In this document: piece by piece, positions 47,281 through 59,300 of the stretch
How the letters are laid out: each line of letters starts with the position of its first letter
Numbering within the stretch: position 1 is the stretch's first letter
From: Guillardia theta CCMP2712
Taxonomy: Eukaryota; Protista; Cryptophyta
Length of the DNA: 64,000 nt
NCBI RefSeq assembly: GCF_000315625.1
Contig: NW_005434599.1
Location: forward strand, 184,851 to 248,850
Direction: 5' to 3'
Position numbers and translations under genes: made by a program
Notes under the pieces: generated by a model
What the model saw: the letters and a program-made list of their open reading frames with translations, nothing else
The model's database searches: none
Told to the model about the DNA's origin: nothing

Positions 47281-47401
47281 CCTCTGTCATTATCTTAACT
47301 CTACATCTCTTCCTCTGTCATTATCTTAACTCTACATCTCTTCCTCTGTCATTATCTTATCTCTACAACTCTTCCTCTGTCATTATCTTATCTCTACAAC
47401 T
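47281..47401. repeat. 31-bp minisatellite, about 4 copies, downstream of the myosin stop
   Basis: cctctgtcattatctta(a/t)ctctaca(t/a)ctctt at 47281, 47312, 47343 and 47374. Confidence 0.95.
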
Positions 47402-47602
47402 ACAACAACAAAAATACATCTTCTCATGCTGCACTCGTCCTCAAGACAACCTCACTTCACCTCCTCCTGCCCTCTGCCGCCTTGCTCGCGTTCTCTTCTC
47501 TCCTGCCCACACCTCCACACAACAGAGCTCAACACCAGCCAAACTTTACCAGGACGTTAGGGATTATGTACAAGGCAGTCATCCCTACTACAGGGGCAGC
47601 GT

Positions 47603-48159
47603 CTAGGGAAGCATCGGGCTCGGGGTGAAGGACTTCATGCACTTGATGCCTGCAGGACCGAATCAGACAAAGAGCACATCCAGATTGTCTGTTTTAGCCA
47701 GTACCATCCACAACCATTCCTCATTCTCTCCCTCTCCCCTCCCCTCCCCTCTCCATCTCCTTGTTCTTTTCCCGCTCTCTTCTCGCCAGCTCTCTTCTCC
47801 TTTTTTCTCATCCTCCCTAGAACGTCCCCGCCTCCCTCCCCCCGCCTCCCTCGCCCTCAATCGCAGCAGCGACAGAACTCACGATTGCCCAAGTGCGAGA
47901 AGGTAGTGGTACAGTAGTCGATGTTCTGAAGGTTGTTATAGATGGCTGGCCACCTGCAACAAGCATATGAGCACAAGCTCGCACTAGAACCATCCCTGTA
48001 CGTGTTGGGGGAGGCGCCGGCAGGGGCGATGTAGTCGTCAGGAGGCATCGGGATGCCTCTGAAGTAGAGGTAGTGATCAGGTTCACTGCTCTGCACGGGT
48101 GCAGTGGCAGTTTCCGTGTCGTCTTGCAGTTGGACGAACTGACGAATGAGGCTGAACAT
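47603..48159 (-). CDS. Small 3-exon orphan protein, 91 aa
   Basis: GT-AG introns 47954-48001 and 47650-47882 give an in-frame product MFSLIRQFVQLQDDTET...ASPNTWPAIYNNLQNIDYCTTTFSHLGNRIKCMKSFTPSPMLP* (276 nt). Confidence 0.65.
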
Positions 48160-48699
48160 CCTGCGCTCGCTAGGTCAAAGGCAGGGAGCGGACATCAAGC
48201 CCACTCCCGATCTGCTTCACGTCTCTACTCGTCGAGATGCTCCTCTGAACGCTTCCTGTACTCCGCTCCGTCTTCTACAGGATTCTTCGCACTCAAATCT
48301 ACTCCTCCCCCGCCCCTCACGAACGACCTCCTCTCCCCGACCCCCACATCTTCTGCGTCTTTCATATGCACCGCATCATGAGCTTGAACGAGTTAAGACT
48401 CATACCAGTGCAATGTTCTTTGAACATCTCCCTACACTCTTGCTCTCCTGTCGTCCGGTGGCTGAACTGAAACAATCGTTCGCCCTCATTTCAGCCATCG
48501 TGAACCTTTCTACCCGACTATCGCAGCTCAACTTGCCTCATTCTCTCCCACCCTTTCTATCCCATCAAGCACGTCACCTATCCTCCTCTTCTTTTCTCCT
48601 TCCTTTCTCTTCTCTCATCCTCTCCTCTTCCCTCGCCTCCGCCATATCGCTCCATCTCCAACCCGGCATCTCTATTTTCGGTAGAGCTCATACAGACCA

Positions 48700-49280
48700 C
48701 AATTTCCACCCACCCCCCTCTCTCCCAATTTCACCCCCTTCTCTCCCCAATAGTACCCCACCATCCAAACAAACAACCCTTCTACCCCTGATTCTCCCTA
48801 TAGACTACCCGGTACTCACCCTGTACCCCTTCGAGGGCACCACCCCCCACCTCCACCTATCGGAGATCTGACCTTGACCTTCCGACTTCCGACTTCACCA
48901 CTACCCCTACCCCCTCCAGAACAGTATAAACTACCCCTACACGCAAAGTGTGCTAAACCCCAGTTTCTGCCTCCGGGTATGGACCCACCCCTCACTCATA
49001 CCACTACCCCTACCCCCACAATTAACTTCTTTTTGTACCGTGTGCCCTGTGCCCCCTGGGTATCCACCCCTGAGTTTCCGTGATACACCACCCTCCATGT
49101 TCCATGTTTGGTACCCCACCCATTTCACTGAGGACCCCATTGCTTGCCGATACACCCCTGGTATCCGACCACCAACCCAGTCATAGAGTTTGAGAGAAGG
49201 GTATATTCTGTGGAGATGAGGGGGGTACTTTTATGACCCCACCCCCCTTTTCAACTCCGAAAAAAATGAACCCACCCGTT
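48700..49280. promoter_or_regulatory. TACCCC motif cluster in divergent intergenic region
   Basis: CCACTACCCCTACCCCC near 48898 and 49001; TACTCACCCTGT at 48813-48824. Confidence 0.45.
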
Positions 49281-49337
49281 TAGCACAGACCCTCATTCCA
49301 ACCTTCGATCTGAGATTGCGCCATGGCAGGCTAGCGC

Positions 49338-50857
49338 ATGGAGTGGTGGGTATGGCTGGTGATCGCCGCGGGCGTCGTGCTGGTGCTGATGGTCGTCGGG
49401 ATCATCTTGATGAAGAGGAGGAAGGGAGGAGGAGGAGACGGTGACCAGGCGAATGTGGAAGCGGCGGCTGAGCAGAGGTGCTCATGGCCAGAGAAAGTCG
49501 TGTCAGGATCGTGTACAAAGGAGGAGGCTGAGGAACAGGACGAGGACGTGAGGTTGGAGGCAGCGGTGGGGTTCGATGGATGGGGGCTGGTACAAACTAT
49601 CGACGATCCCGAGAAGAAGAAACTCTTGAGCTCCAAGAGCGATGACGGGGATGAGGCCGATGCTTTCAACGGACTTTACGTGGGCAAGTTGGGCGGGGGA
49701 GTCGCCGATCCTCCTTCCATCGGTCTCGGTACAGTCTTCCCCGATCCTGAGAGTCACAATCCTCGTCCTGATCCTCATAGAATGATCGTCAAGAAGCTTC
49801 CTTCGCCGCCAAGTGTTGGAAACGGTCGAAGGTCTACATTCGACGAACATTTGCGAGCAGCCGATGAACCGGCAGTTGAGGCAGAGGCGGAGGCGGAGGA
49901 GGGGGGGACTAAAATTCTAGCACACATGCATGATTGGGGAGGAGAAGTGCCTGAAGATGAAAAGGACAATCGGCCTTCAGAAAACGGAAGCATACTGAGC
50001 CCTGCCATGGTCGAGGAGAACATAGCGGAGGATCCCTCGGTGACGCGGAAGAGGTTCACAGGGTACTCGCAGACACCTGCATCTCGGTAAGATACAGCAG
50101 AGGAGGCGGCGCGTGCGTGAGTTGAGACTTGCCGCCAGGAAGAGGAATGGCACGGACCTCGTTGGTGCCGCCGACCTCCAGCTGAGCTCGTGAGCGCGTT
50201 CCTTGGTGCCTTGTCGCTGTCCTGTGACGAGGATCTTGCAGATCTCCATCGCCGAACTCTTCGCGCAACTCTGAACATGGGTGGAGCGATGATTCCATCA
50301 AGTCTCGGACTCTCTCTTCCTCTGACTCCTCTGACTCTCCCGCCAGGTGGGTCCAGGGGTTCCGCGTCCGTGCGCCATCCATGTCTCCTCCTCAGACTCG
50401 ATCGAGACGGAGGATCCTTGCGCTGCATCAAGAGGTTCGCCTTGCTTGCTGTTCGTGGAAGCGGAGTTGGAGGGAAGGGAAGAGAACGAGGAGGGAGGAG
50501 GAAGAGTTGGGGTGGGGGATGGGGGATGTCTCCAGGATGGGAGCGAGCGAGTGGGCGACTGGAGCGATCACGGCATGGGAGGAAAGGAGGAGGTGCGATA
50601 ACTGCCTGTCTTAGATCTTCTCGGAGACTAGGACGCAGAACATGACGCGGCCAGTAGAGCTGCCAGGGGACAAGGTCAACCCGCTCTCCCTCGCTAGGCT
50701 GAACTGACGAGGGCGAGTACAGGGCGTCTCTTTCTATCAGTCAGGGGGAGCGCTGGCAGGGCGCATGACCTACACGTCGCTGGAGCATGTCTTAGTGCAT
50801 GAGCCGACAGTGATGCCCGAGGGTGTGATAAACGACGAGGACGAGATGTGGGGGTGA
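49338..50857 (+). CDS. Single-pass membrane protein (N-terminal TM helix, acidic disordered tail); 3' exons tentative
   Basis: MEWWVWLVIAAGVVLVLMVVGIILMKRRK is a TM helix followed by a basic cluster. ORF to 50090 ends at a GTAAG donor; candidate last exon ...HEPTVMPEGVINDEDEMWG*. Confidence 0.6.
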
Positions 50858-51100
50858 GGGGGTGCGGGGTGAAGCTATTCTTTATTCTTTCTTTGGCATG
50901 AGTGAAGTCATACCATGCTTGCTAAAAGGCAAGAAGTGAGTTAGGTACAGTTCATACAGAGCGAGGTTTTCACAGAAGAAGTTTCAGCACGGAAACGCTC
51001 CAGATCTCAAAGATGTTCCCACGAATCGATGGGGCAGATTGGTTGCACAAGAGAGTAGACAAGAACGGCATACACAGCATACACATTTTGACAGCTCTTC

Positions 51101-53200
51101 TCATAGCGCCAGCAATTTCTCGAAGCGGTCGATAACCTGCGCAACGGTCACTCCCAATGAGAATGTCTTGAAGTCGCTGCTCACCAGCTTGACCGGCTTG
51201 AGGTTTTCGTAGGAGATGGATGACTTCTCCTCTGGACCCCTGTGTTGACGTCAGCACAACCAGCAGGAGGCGAGCAAGGAGATACTCGAGCTTCGGCTGC
51301 ACTTGCATGTCCAGCAGCTTCCCCGCCTGTGTTCACGTCAGCATCCCCTCACTGCATGCGGTCAAACCGTCACCAGATTCTTCGCCACTCGGTTCGCCAT
51401 GTCTGAGACAACACGCGCGCTGCTCAGCACCTGCATGCCGGGCGCAACGCCGCTTTGCAACGCCGTGAGCCGCGACGAGTCGACGCGAGCTAGAGAGCTT
51501 CCACTGGCCTCGGCAAAGGCAGGAGGAGGAGACGAAGCATGGTAGCTTGAAACCTGCTTAATCAGCATCAGCGATGGACAGGGGAGGAAGAGGAACTTGG
51601 AAGCAAGATCGGGAGGTGGGGGGAGGTGGGGCGGTTATGGAAGTGAAAGGAGTGCATGCTTGACCTGAAGGTCTGGGATGTTGTGAGGAACCATCGCAAG
51701 CTCCTGAGGAGTGGACGGCGACACCGGAGCTGCTCTTGCTGGAGCCACTGGGACCATCGCGCGAGAATCATCCATGGCGCTGGCTGGCTCCTTCACCGGG
51801 ACAATAAGATTGAGCAGAGAAGATAAAGGAGACTCGACCTCCTGAGGCTTTGCAGCTTCTGACGGGGCAGGTCTTAGCGACACCTGGAGCTGTTCGGCCT
51901 GTTTCTTTGCTTCCTCCTCCTCTTTTTGCTTCCTCTCAACCGCTCTCGCTTCCTCTGCCCGCCTCTGCGCATTGATCCTCGCTTCCTCCTCTGCCCTTCG
52001 TCGCTCAATCATTTTCGCTTCTTCCTCTTCCTTCCTCTTCCTTTCCTTCTGCTTCTCAGCTTCGAGCTTCTCTGCCTCTTTGCGCTTCTCTGCTGTTAGT
52101 TTCTCCCTGGCCTCTTCAGCAGGGTCGGCCGTCAGGTCCTCCTGCTGCTTACCATAGAAGCCATGCCAGATAGCTTCACCTGTCTCATCCTCAATGATGG
52201 TGATCGAGCCATCTGCATTCTTCTTCGGCCTCCGCAACAGTCGCCCCTTCCACATGAACACATCCTGGTCGCCCTTGACCGCTTGCAACTCGTCCAGCAT
52301 CGAGTCCAACAGCTTTTCGTCCGAGGACGCTCGGGACGTGTCGATGGGGATCGGAACACGGAGGAGCGTTCCAGGAACAGCTCCGAGCGGCACCTGGATC
52401 CTGAGGAGCTGCCCTTTGTCGTCTGTCGCCTCTAGGAAATCCAGAGGCTCGGCGTCATCGGGCACCATGATGCTGATGCATCTCTCTTGCTTCCTCCTCC
52501 TCTTCGTCCTCTCGTCCAAAAAGGTCGCCTTCTTTCCCCGCGTCAGCCTCACAATTCTCACCCGCTTCTCCCCGGGTGCCCGAAGGCCCAGCTCCACCTG
52601 AGAACCAAAGGCCCCGGTGAGGAGGGGAGTGACGTCGGTGACGGGCTTCCCGTACACTTCCTTCCCGTCCACCGACACGAGACAGTCGTCCACCATCACC
52701 TGCTTCGACTGCGCTGCCGGCCCGTCGGGCGCCAGAGACTTGACGTACATCCCTTTGTCCGATCCCACCCGAAAGATAATCCCGACGCCCGCCGGTTTCG
52801 GCAGCTCAGCCGTCTTGCCTCGCGTGAGGACAGGAGAGAAGTACTGGAACTCGCAGGTCCCGTTGTCGAGCACGACATTCCTGCGGAACTTGACAGAGAT
52901 CGGCGTGCCGACAGGCCCTATGATGAGGCGAGTGACGATGTCGGGAGGCACCCCGAACGCCTTCTTGGAGTTCACGGAAATGAGGCAATCCCCTTCCTCC
53001 AGCAACCCGCATTCATCCGCTGAGCCGCCCAGCTCCATGCTCTTGATGTAGAAGCCGCCATCAGGCGCTATCTGAAACACGATTCCTATCCCTGCCTGGT
53101 CTGCTGCCGCTTCAGAACTCTCCTCTACCTCGAAGGAAGTTTCGGGCGAAGCTGACGAGGGAGGGGTCTTTGGTGAGCTCTTGAACAGCCGCTTGAGCAT
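51101..53200 (-). CDS. Tandem PDZ-domain protein with charged coiled coil
   Basis: Two PDZ repeats (AGIGIVF..FYIKSMELGGSADECGLLEEGDCLISVN..GPVGTPISVKFRR; AGVGIIF..YVKSLAPDGPAAQSKQVMVDDCLVSVDG..GAFGSQVELGLR) and an E/K/R-rich helix. Short 3' exons to ...VIDRFEKLLAL* are tentative. Confidence 0.85.
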
Positions 53201-53671
53201 GCTTCACTCGGAAGGGCTAGTTTCGCCTCTGCTGCAGCCCCGTGCTTGCTTGTTAGAATCAACCAATCTGCTGGACTCGTTAGATGTCATGCAGCGAGAA
53301 TCGTGTCGTTTTGCTCCCTCCTCCCTCCTCCCTCCTCCCTCCTCCCTCCTCCCTCCTCCCTCCCTCCCTCCTTCTCTCTCATTGTATCCTATTGAACCCT
53401 CTCAGAATTTCCTTCTCCTTCCTTTGCTCTTCTCCCTCCTGCTCCTCCTTTCCGCTCTCGTTTGCCCTGCATCTTCCGCCTCCTGGGATAAAGGCAAATA
53501 GCATTGCGAGGGGTGGGTCTGTAGCATAAGGGGGTACATGGCTGTCGGGGTACCTAAAGAACGGGTGATAATTACAGTAATATGTCGAGAACAAGGGGGT
53601 AGTAATTATTTTAACAGGGGTAGTGCAGATGAAGTTGTCCGAACTCGTTGAAAGGGTGGTGAGTAGAGATA

Positions 53672-54393
53672 ATGGCAGAGGGGGGAGGGAAGCGACGGAG
53701 GAGGATGGAAGTGGCGGAGGAGTACGAGCTGGCGGCTCGACCCAACAGGAGCAGGATAGAAGATGTGTCGGAAGCTACGTGGATCACTCGCAAACAAGTC
53801 GCCATCCTGCAGCAGCCCCGAGGAAAGGTCCTACAAACCATGGGGCACATGGCTGGTGACGATGGTGCTGCTCGACAATGGCAGCTGCTACCAGAGGAGG
53901 CGCTGTTCATGGTGCAGCAAGGCCTCCTTGCTATGAGGTACAAGAAACTTGTGCGCTCAGATTGAGCTGACCATCAGCCTGTAGGAATGAGAAGGAAGCT
54001 CGGGCCATGGCGGTGACTGAAGCCATGGATCGGGTTTTCAGCGGCGGGATGTCTCCCTTCTTCTTTCACGCGTACGCAAAGATCCGCGATGCAGGGTTCG
54101 TAGCTGCGAGGGCAGAGGGGAACTTCCATGGCAGGCCGCTGCTCCATGTATGGAAACCTGAGCTGTCGAAGAAATGGCGAAAGAGCCAACCCAGCTTCGT
54201 CATGGGGGTGGTGCGATGCAGCGAAAGCCTCTCTTCCTCCTCCTGCGAGGAGCTTGTCAGGCTGCAGAGCCGTAGCAACTGTCCTCTGAGGATGGCGATG
54301 GTTGACGACTCGTTCGCCGTGACCTTCTTTGATGTCCATCCCAACCCTGACACCAGCGGAGCGGCCGGGAATCCGAGCTGCGAATTCCCTTGA
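53672..54393 (+). CDS. TSEN54: tRNA-splicing endonuclease subunit Sen54-like protein, 2 exons
   Basis: SEATW..VAILQQPRGKVLQTMG..LLPEEALFMVQQGLL and FHAYAKIRDAGFV resemble the Sen54 N-terminal domain. Intron 53938-53984 joins two ORFs in frame (about 224 aa; start 53672 or 53705). Confidence 0.7.
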
Positions 54394-54513
54394 CAGGGAG
54401 TGACATGATCGGCATGTAACATTCAACCCTCACATCATCTTGTAACATTACAATAGTCTACCTCCTCCTCCTCGTCAAAAACTCTCCTCCTCCTCTCCCA
54501 GCAGGCACCCCCG

Positions 54514-55289
54514 TCAAGATCGCCTCGAGCCAGGGTCGTCGTAGATCACGTCGTGCACTTCCGTCGGCCGCCAGTAGAGGATCGACTTGAACTGCTCAAA
54601 GGAGATGCTCTCCTTCATCGCGTCGCCAGCCGCCGCCTCGATCATCTTCCGAGCTTCCAGCGACGTCACGTCCACGTCGTCCACGGCCTTCAAGACGGAC
54701 CGGATGTGGCTGGCCTGCGTGAGCATCAGTGGCCTCCCTCAGGGGAGCGTCAGGGTACCTCGACTTCTCCTGTGCGCTTCACGTCGAAGAGGCTGAACGC
54801 CTCCTCGAGCTCGTTGGCGGTGAAGTCAACGGGAGGGGGGCCGAGGAACGTGAAGGAGAGCTTGCCGTGCTTGTCCGCCATCATCTTGTATCCCTTCGCC
54901 CATCGCAGGAGCACGTCCAGAAACTCGCGGCGCGGGATGAAACCGTTGCCCTCCAAGTCCATGTCGCACGCGAGGATCGCAAGGTCCTCGTCGTTGTACG
55001 GCGCGATCACCTCCTGGTCCAGGAGCTCTGCCAGAACTACTCCTAGCTGCTCCGTTCCGATCAGCTCAGTCGCGTCTACATCCACTTCGTTGAACGCCTC
55101 TATACACACTTCAACAAAGTCTCGCAGCTCTTCTTCGCTCTCCTCGAAGTTCTCGTCTACTGGCTTCTGCGACCTCTGCTCGCTATGATCCTCATGGAAG
55201 CTCTCTCCATCCTGTGAAGGTCGGGCTGTGTTGATATGCTCTCCTTTGTCCTCAGGGAAGTTCGAGCCATCCTCAATCGCGTTGTTCAT
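54514..55289 (-). CDS. Divergent calmodulin/centrin-like EF-hand protein, 2 exons
   Basis: EAFNEVDVDATELIGTEQL, DMDLEGNGFIPRREFL, ELEEAFSLFDVKRTGEVE/ASHI and ISFEQF; one short intron near 54715-54758. Confidence 0.8.
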
Positions 55290-55619
55290 TCTTCTCCACC
55301 TCAACGCAACTGCAACACTGTCATCACGTGAGACATTCCATTCACAATCACAAAAATGCAGAAAAGAGAGAAAAGAAAATTGCTGTCACCAAACATCTTG
55401 TGAAATCCTGGGTCACTACCATCGTCTTTTCCCCTATTCTTCTCGTCTCCTCTCTCGTCTCCTCTCCTCCCCATCTCCCATCCTGTTCCTCTACCATACT
55501 CTACTTCTCCCTCACTGTATCTCCTCTTCTACTTCCTCCTTCCCTCCCTCCTCTCTCCTCACTCCCATCAGCTCCCCTGCTATTTTTTCCGACATCACTC
55601 AAACAACATTGAACCAGGA

Positions 55620-56195
55620 CCGCACCGCGAGGCGTCAGTTGAACTCGCGGACCCGGCCCCCCGCCGGCCCGCCCGGCGTGGAGGCCCGGGGCCGGGCCGT
55701 GCTCACTGTCAGTCAGTGCAGTGCCGCGCCGCACTCGAGTCACTGGACGGTCATCAGTCTCGGCGGGGCGCTGAGCAGTGAGACGGTCACTGCCACGGTG
55801 ACAGTGCCCGGACTCGCCGGGTACGGTCAGGTCAGGCCCGCGGGGGGCGGCGGCGGGCCGAGGGCGGCCGGGCGGTCTATCCGGCGTCCGGCGGCCCGGG
55901 CCCGGCCCGCGGGGGGCACGGTGATTTCAGTGCCAGCCTTGGCACCCGGCCGCGCGGCCTCACAGTGAGTGGCGCGGCCACCGCGCCGGGCCGTCAGCCG
56001 CCGGCCGGGCGCGCCCGCGGCACTGCGCACGCCGACTCGCTGGCGCGGCTCAGTCAGCCTTGACGGTGGGACCCCCCGGGGACTCTCACAGAGTCTGCGG
56101 CCGGCGCGGCCCCGTGAATCTCACTGGTCAGTAGTACTAGGGTCAGTGACACGCCAAGCCCCCCTCACCGTGCCCGTGCGGTCCCGGCGGTGCGG
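55620..56195. repeat. Very GC-rich low-complexity island with recurring CAGT/ACTG and GGCCGG motifs
   Basis: Abrupt compositional block between CT-rich and TACCC-rich DNA; a shorter similar block at about 8277-8325. Confidence 0.7.
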
Positions 56196-56362
56196 CTACC
56201 CTACCCACTAAAAGCCTATTGATTGGGCCCATTCCTCTCTAGTAAGGTGCAGGACCTGGGTGGGTAGTGACCCCTACCCTATGATAATCATGTTTGAAAT
56301 GGGGTAGTGAAGGGGGTGTTTGCACTAATCGAAAAGATAAGTAAACATTTGAAATCTCAGAC

Positions 56363-59300
56363 ATGGCGCGAGTAGAGCTGCGAGGCGGCGGCGGCGCCTT
56401 ATGGCAGAGGGTGAGAGGATGGAGATGGAGATGGAGATGGAAATATCTGAACATTGAACTACGATGACGTTGGATATCGTGAAGATCGTGATAATGCATA
56501 TGATGGTGGAGATATGCGACACTGCTGTTATGGTTGTAGTTTTTGTTGTTTTTGTTGTTGTGATAAATAGGAGGATAAATCGTCGAAAGGATGTGACCTT
56601 GCTCATGTGTCAATAACAGACTCCAAAGATAAGCAGCGATGGGACAATATTTACAGCATGTCGACCGACGGAAGGGAAGGTGCAGATTGGACTTGAAATT
56701 TCCCCGCGTATGACAATCCATCATAGATTGGAATGGGGACTGTAAACTTCTCTCATATCTGCTTTGCTCAGAATGGTGAACGGTATTGAAACTTCTCGCA
56801 TACATTTGCTTTCTTCTAAGCTTAGCCCTGGAAGGTTTGTCGGAGTTGACGAGGCAGGGGACATTTTTGTATTCCACTTGAGAGGAAACAGATTTTCACT
56901 CGTCGGGCGGTCGAAGCTTTCTTTGGAATACCTCTTGTACTCATCTTCAGAGAGGAATGAAGTCATTTTCGCCACGAAGGATCACAGGTGCCCCCCGTCT
57001 TCATGGCATCACTTTGTGTTGGGTCTTAATTGTTCACAACAGCATTCACTTCATAGATGTGATGTCGAAAGAGAGAATCGTAAAGTTGAAGGTGAGAAGA
57101 GAAAGACCCACGTCCCATCATGATGCTTGAAGCGCCAGGCGCACAAGCATGCCATCAGCTGTCTGGAGCTTCACCCAAGGGGCACGTACCTGGTTAGCTG
57201 CAGCTCAGGTGCAAGACAGGAAGGAGAGCGAAGAACTGAGGTTGTGATGTAGATGTCTGCATCTTGTGGGACATGAAAACTCGCAACAAGATCAAGAACG
57301 TGAGCTCGAATCCTAGTCCCCCTGCGGCCAACCTGAACCACGTGCAGTTTGCTATGATGGACTTTCAGGCCCTGAAAGCGTGTTTTGTTCCTGACGGTGG
57401 GGATAATATCAGCATTGAGAATGCGAGGTGACGATGGAGCAGGAAACACACTGATCGTCTTATCCAAGTCGTCTGAGATCCTCCTCCTTCACTTTCCGAC
57501 GCTGCAAGTGCGATCGCGTCTGATATGTACTTCACACGAAGGTAACGATGGGGCATCGGGGATTGTGGCAAAGGATTTTAACGGCCTCTCAGGCTCGAAA
57601 GTCTCGCTGAAAAACCTCGTTGTTACGTCAAGCGGGAAATACTTCGTTGTTGTTTCCCACGGTAAGATCTGAACGAAGGGGAAGAGCGGAGGAGGAGGAG
57701 GAGGAGGAGGAGGAGGAGGAGGAGATACAGGAAGAGCAGAAGAGAACATCTCCACGACCTGACAAAAAAGGTTCCAGACGGCTCGGCGTATGTGTGGGAC
57801 CTTGTTTCTGAGTCCTTAATCGACGAGTTCCAGCTCCCTTCAGCCCTTGGGTGATCTTTGGACCCCTTCCTTTCTCGATCCTACATCTTCCTCCTCTCTC
57901 CCCTTCCTTTTCTCCCTCCTTGTCGCTGCCGTCCCTTCTGTCCATTCTCACGGCCTGGCAGGGACAATCTGTCTGCACTTCAGCCCATGTACTTCGGGCA
58001 GACACAGAAGGAGCCGGAGGTGAAGGAGGCAAGACCTCCTCCTCCTCCTCCTCTGACTTGCAGCAGAGCCACTGCATCGCTTGTCTGTGTGGCGACTCGC
58101 AGCTCCGCGTCTTTCAGGTCCCTGAAGGTAACGCAAGTCGAAAGCTTCTCCTCCTTCTTGGATCTGTTCCCCCTCCCGTCCTCTGGCTTCTCATTCTCCT
58201 CCCTCCTCCCTCCCTCTCAGCTCTCACTCCTTGACGAATCCCTCAAGGACTCCTGTTGTTCTCCTGCGATGTCCCTTGCCATGCCTTCAGCATCATCGGG
58301 AGACGGTAAGAATTGATGCATCAACTAGGCAGATGTTTGCTCCCTCCCTTCATTTTTCCTCTCCTTCGCTCCTCATGCCCAGCCCAGCTCCTCTCTCTCC
58401 TCCCTCTCACTGTCCATCGCTCCAGAGTTGCCTTGTGCTGTCCAGATTCAACTCTCAAGCTCTGTGAACTTCGTGGCCGCAAAGTCAAGGTCTCTGCTGG
58501 GCTCGAGCTAGTGGGGACGTGTGACTTGCTCTTTTCTCCTAGGCCACCGGCAAGGAGGTGAATATTTCCCTCCTGCACAGGATCGAACCAACGGCAGCAA
58601 CGAGCGAATTCGAGAGGGAGGAGGAGGAGGAGGAGGAGGGGGAGGGGGAGGGGGAGGGGGAGGGAATGGTTCAGGACGAGAATTCGAGGCCTGTGAGGCA
58701 GGAGGGAAGGAAAGGCGTCTCCTCGGTCAAGAAGAGACAGGAAGTCGACACTGACCCCGCCTACTCGGACTGGAGGAGGAGAAAGGAAAGATTGTTGGCC
58801 TTCCTGGACATCCACGACAACTTTCCTGAGAGGTTCCGCGAGCAAGTCTACAGACAGCTTTTGCGCCTTCCGAGGAATCAGTAAGCATCTCCCTCCCTCC
58901 CGCCCTCCCTCCCGCCCTCGCCTCAACTTCTCCCTTGCCGCTCCTCGTCGCCCTCTCTGAATCCGTCCCTTCTTCCTCTTTTTGTATTGTCTTTCTCCTC
59001 ACTTCTGTGCTCATAAATAATCGTTTTCAAGGCAAGCTTTCAACACTTTGGTCAATATGGGCTTGCACCCTCTAGCTACATCGCAGGTGAGGGGTAGGGG
59101 ATGGGGGTGGTGAGGGGGGAGGAAGAGGAGGAGGAAGGCGGTGTTGTTAAAGCCCAGCAGCTGCAGGCCTACATGCTTTCCGACTCTCGACTGCGTCACA
59201 GGCTCTCCCGCGTCGTCCACGTCCTCGCCAACTGGTGTGAAGCTCTCGCCTGCAGGTAGAGGAGGAGGAGGAGGAGGAGGAGGAGGATATGTTGAGAGAA

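Noticed and set aside
47281-47401. Possible CRISPR-like array
   Set aside because: Head-to-tail repeats with no spacers, no cas genes, eukaryotic context.
48146-48871. 241-aa plus-strand ORF
   Set aside because: Leu/Ser/Pro-rich product of CT-rich and TACCC-rich intergenic DNA, with a non-ATG start and no motifs.
55228-56211. Ala/Arg/Gly/Pro-rich ORFs over the GC island
   Set aside because: Open frames are explained by stop-codon scarcity in very GC-rich sequence.
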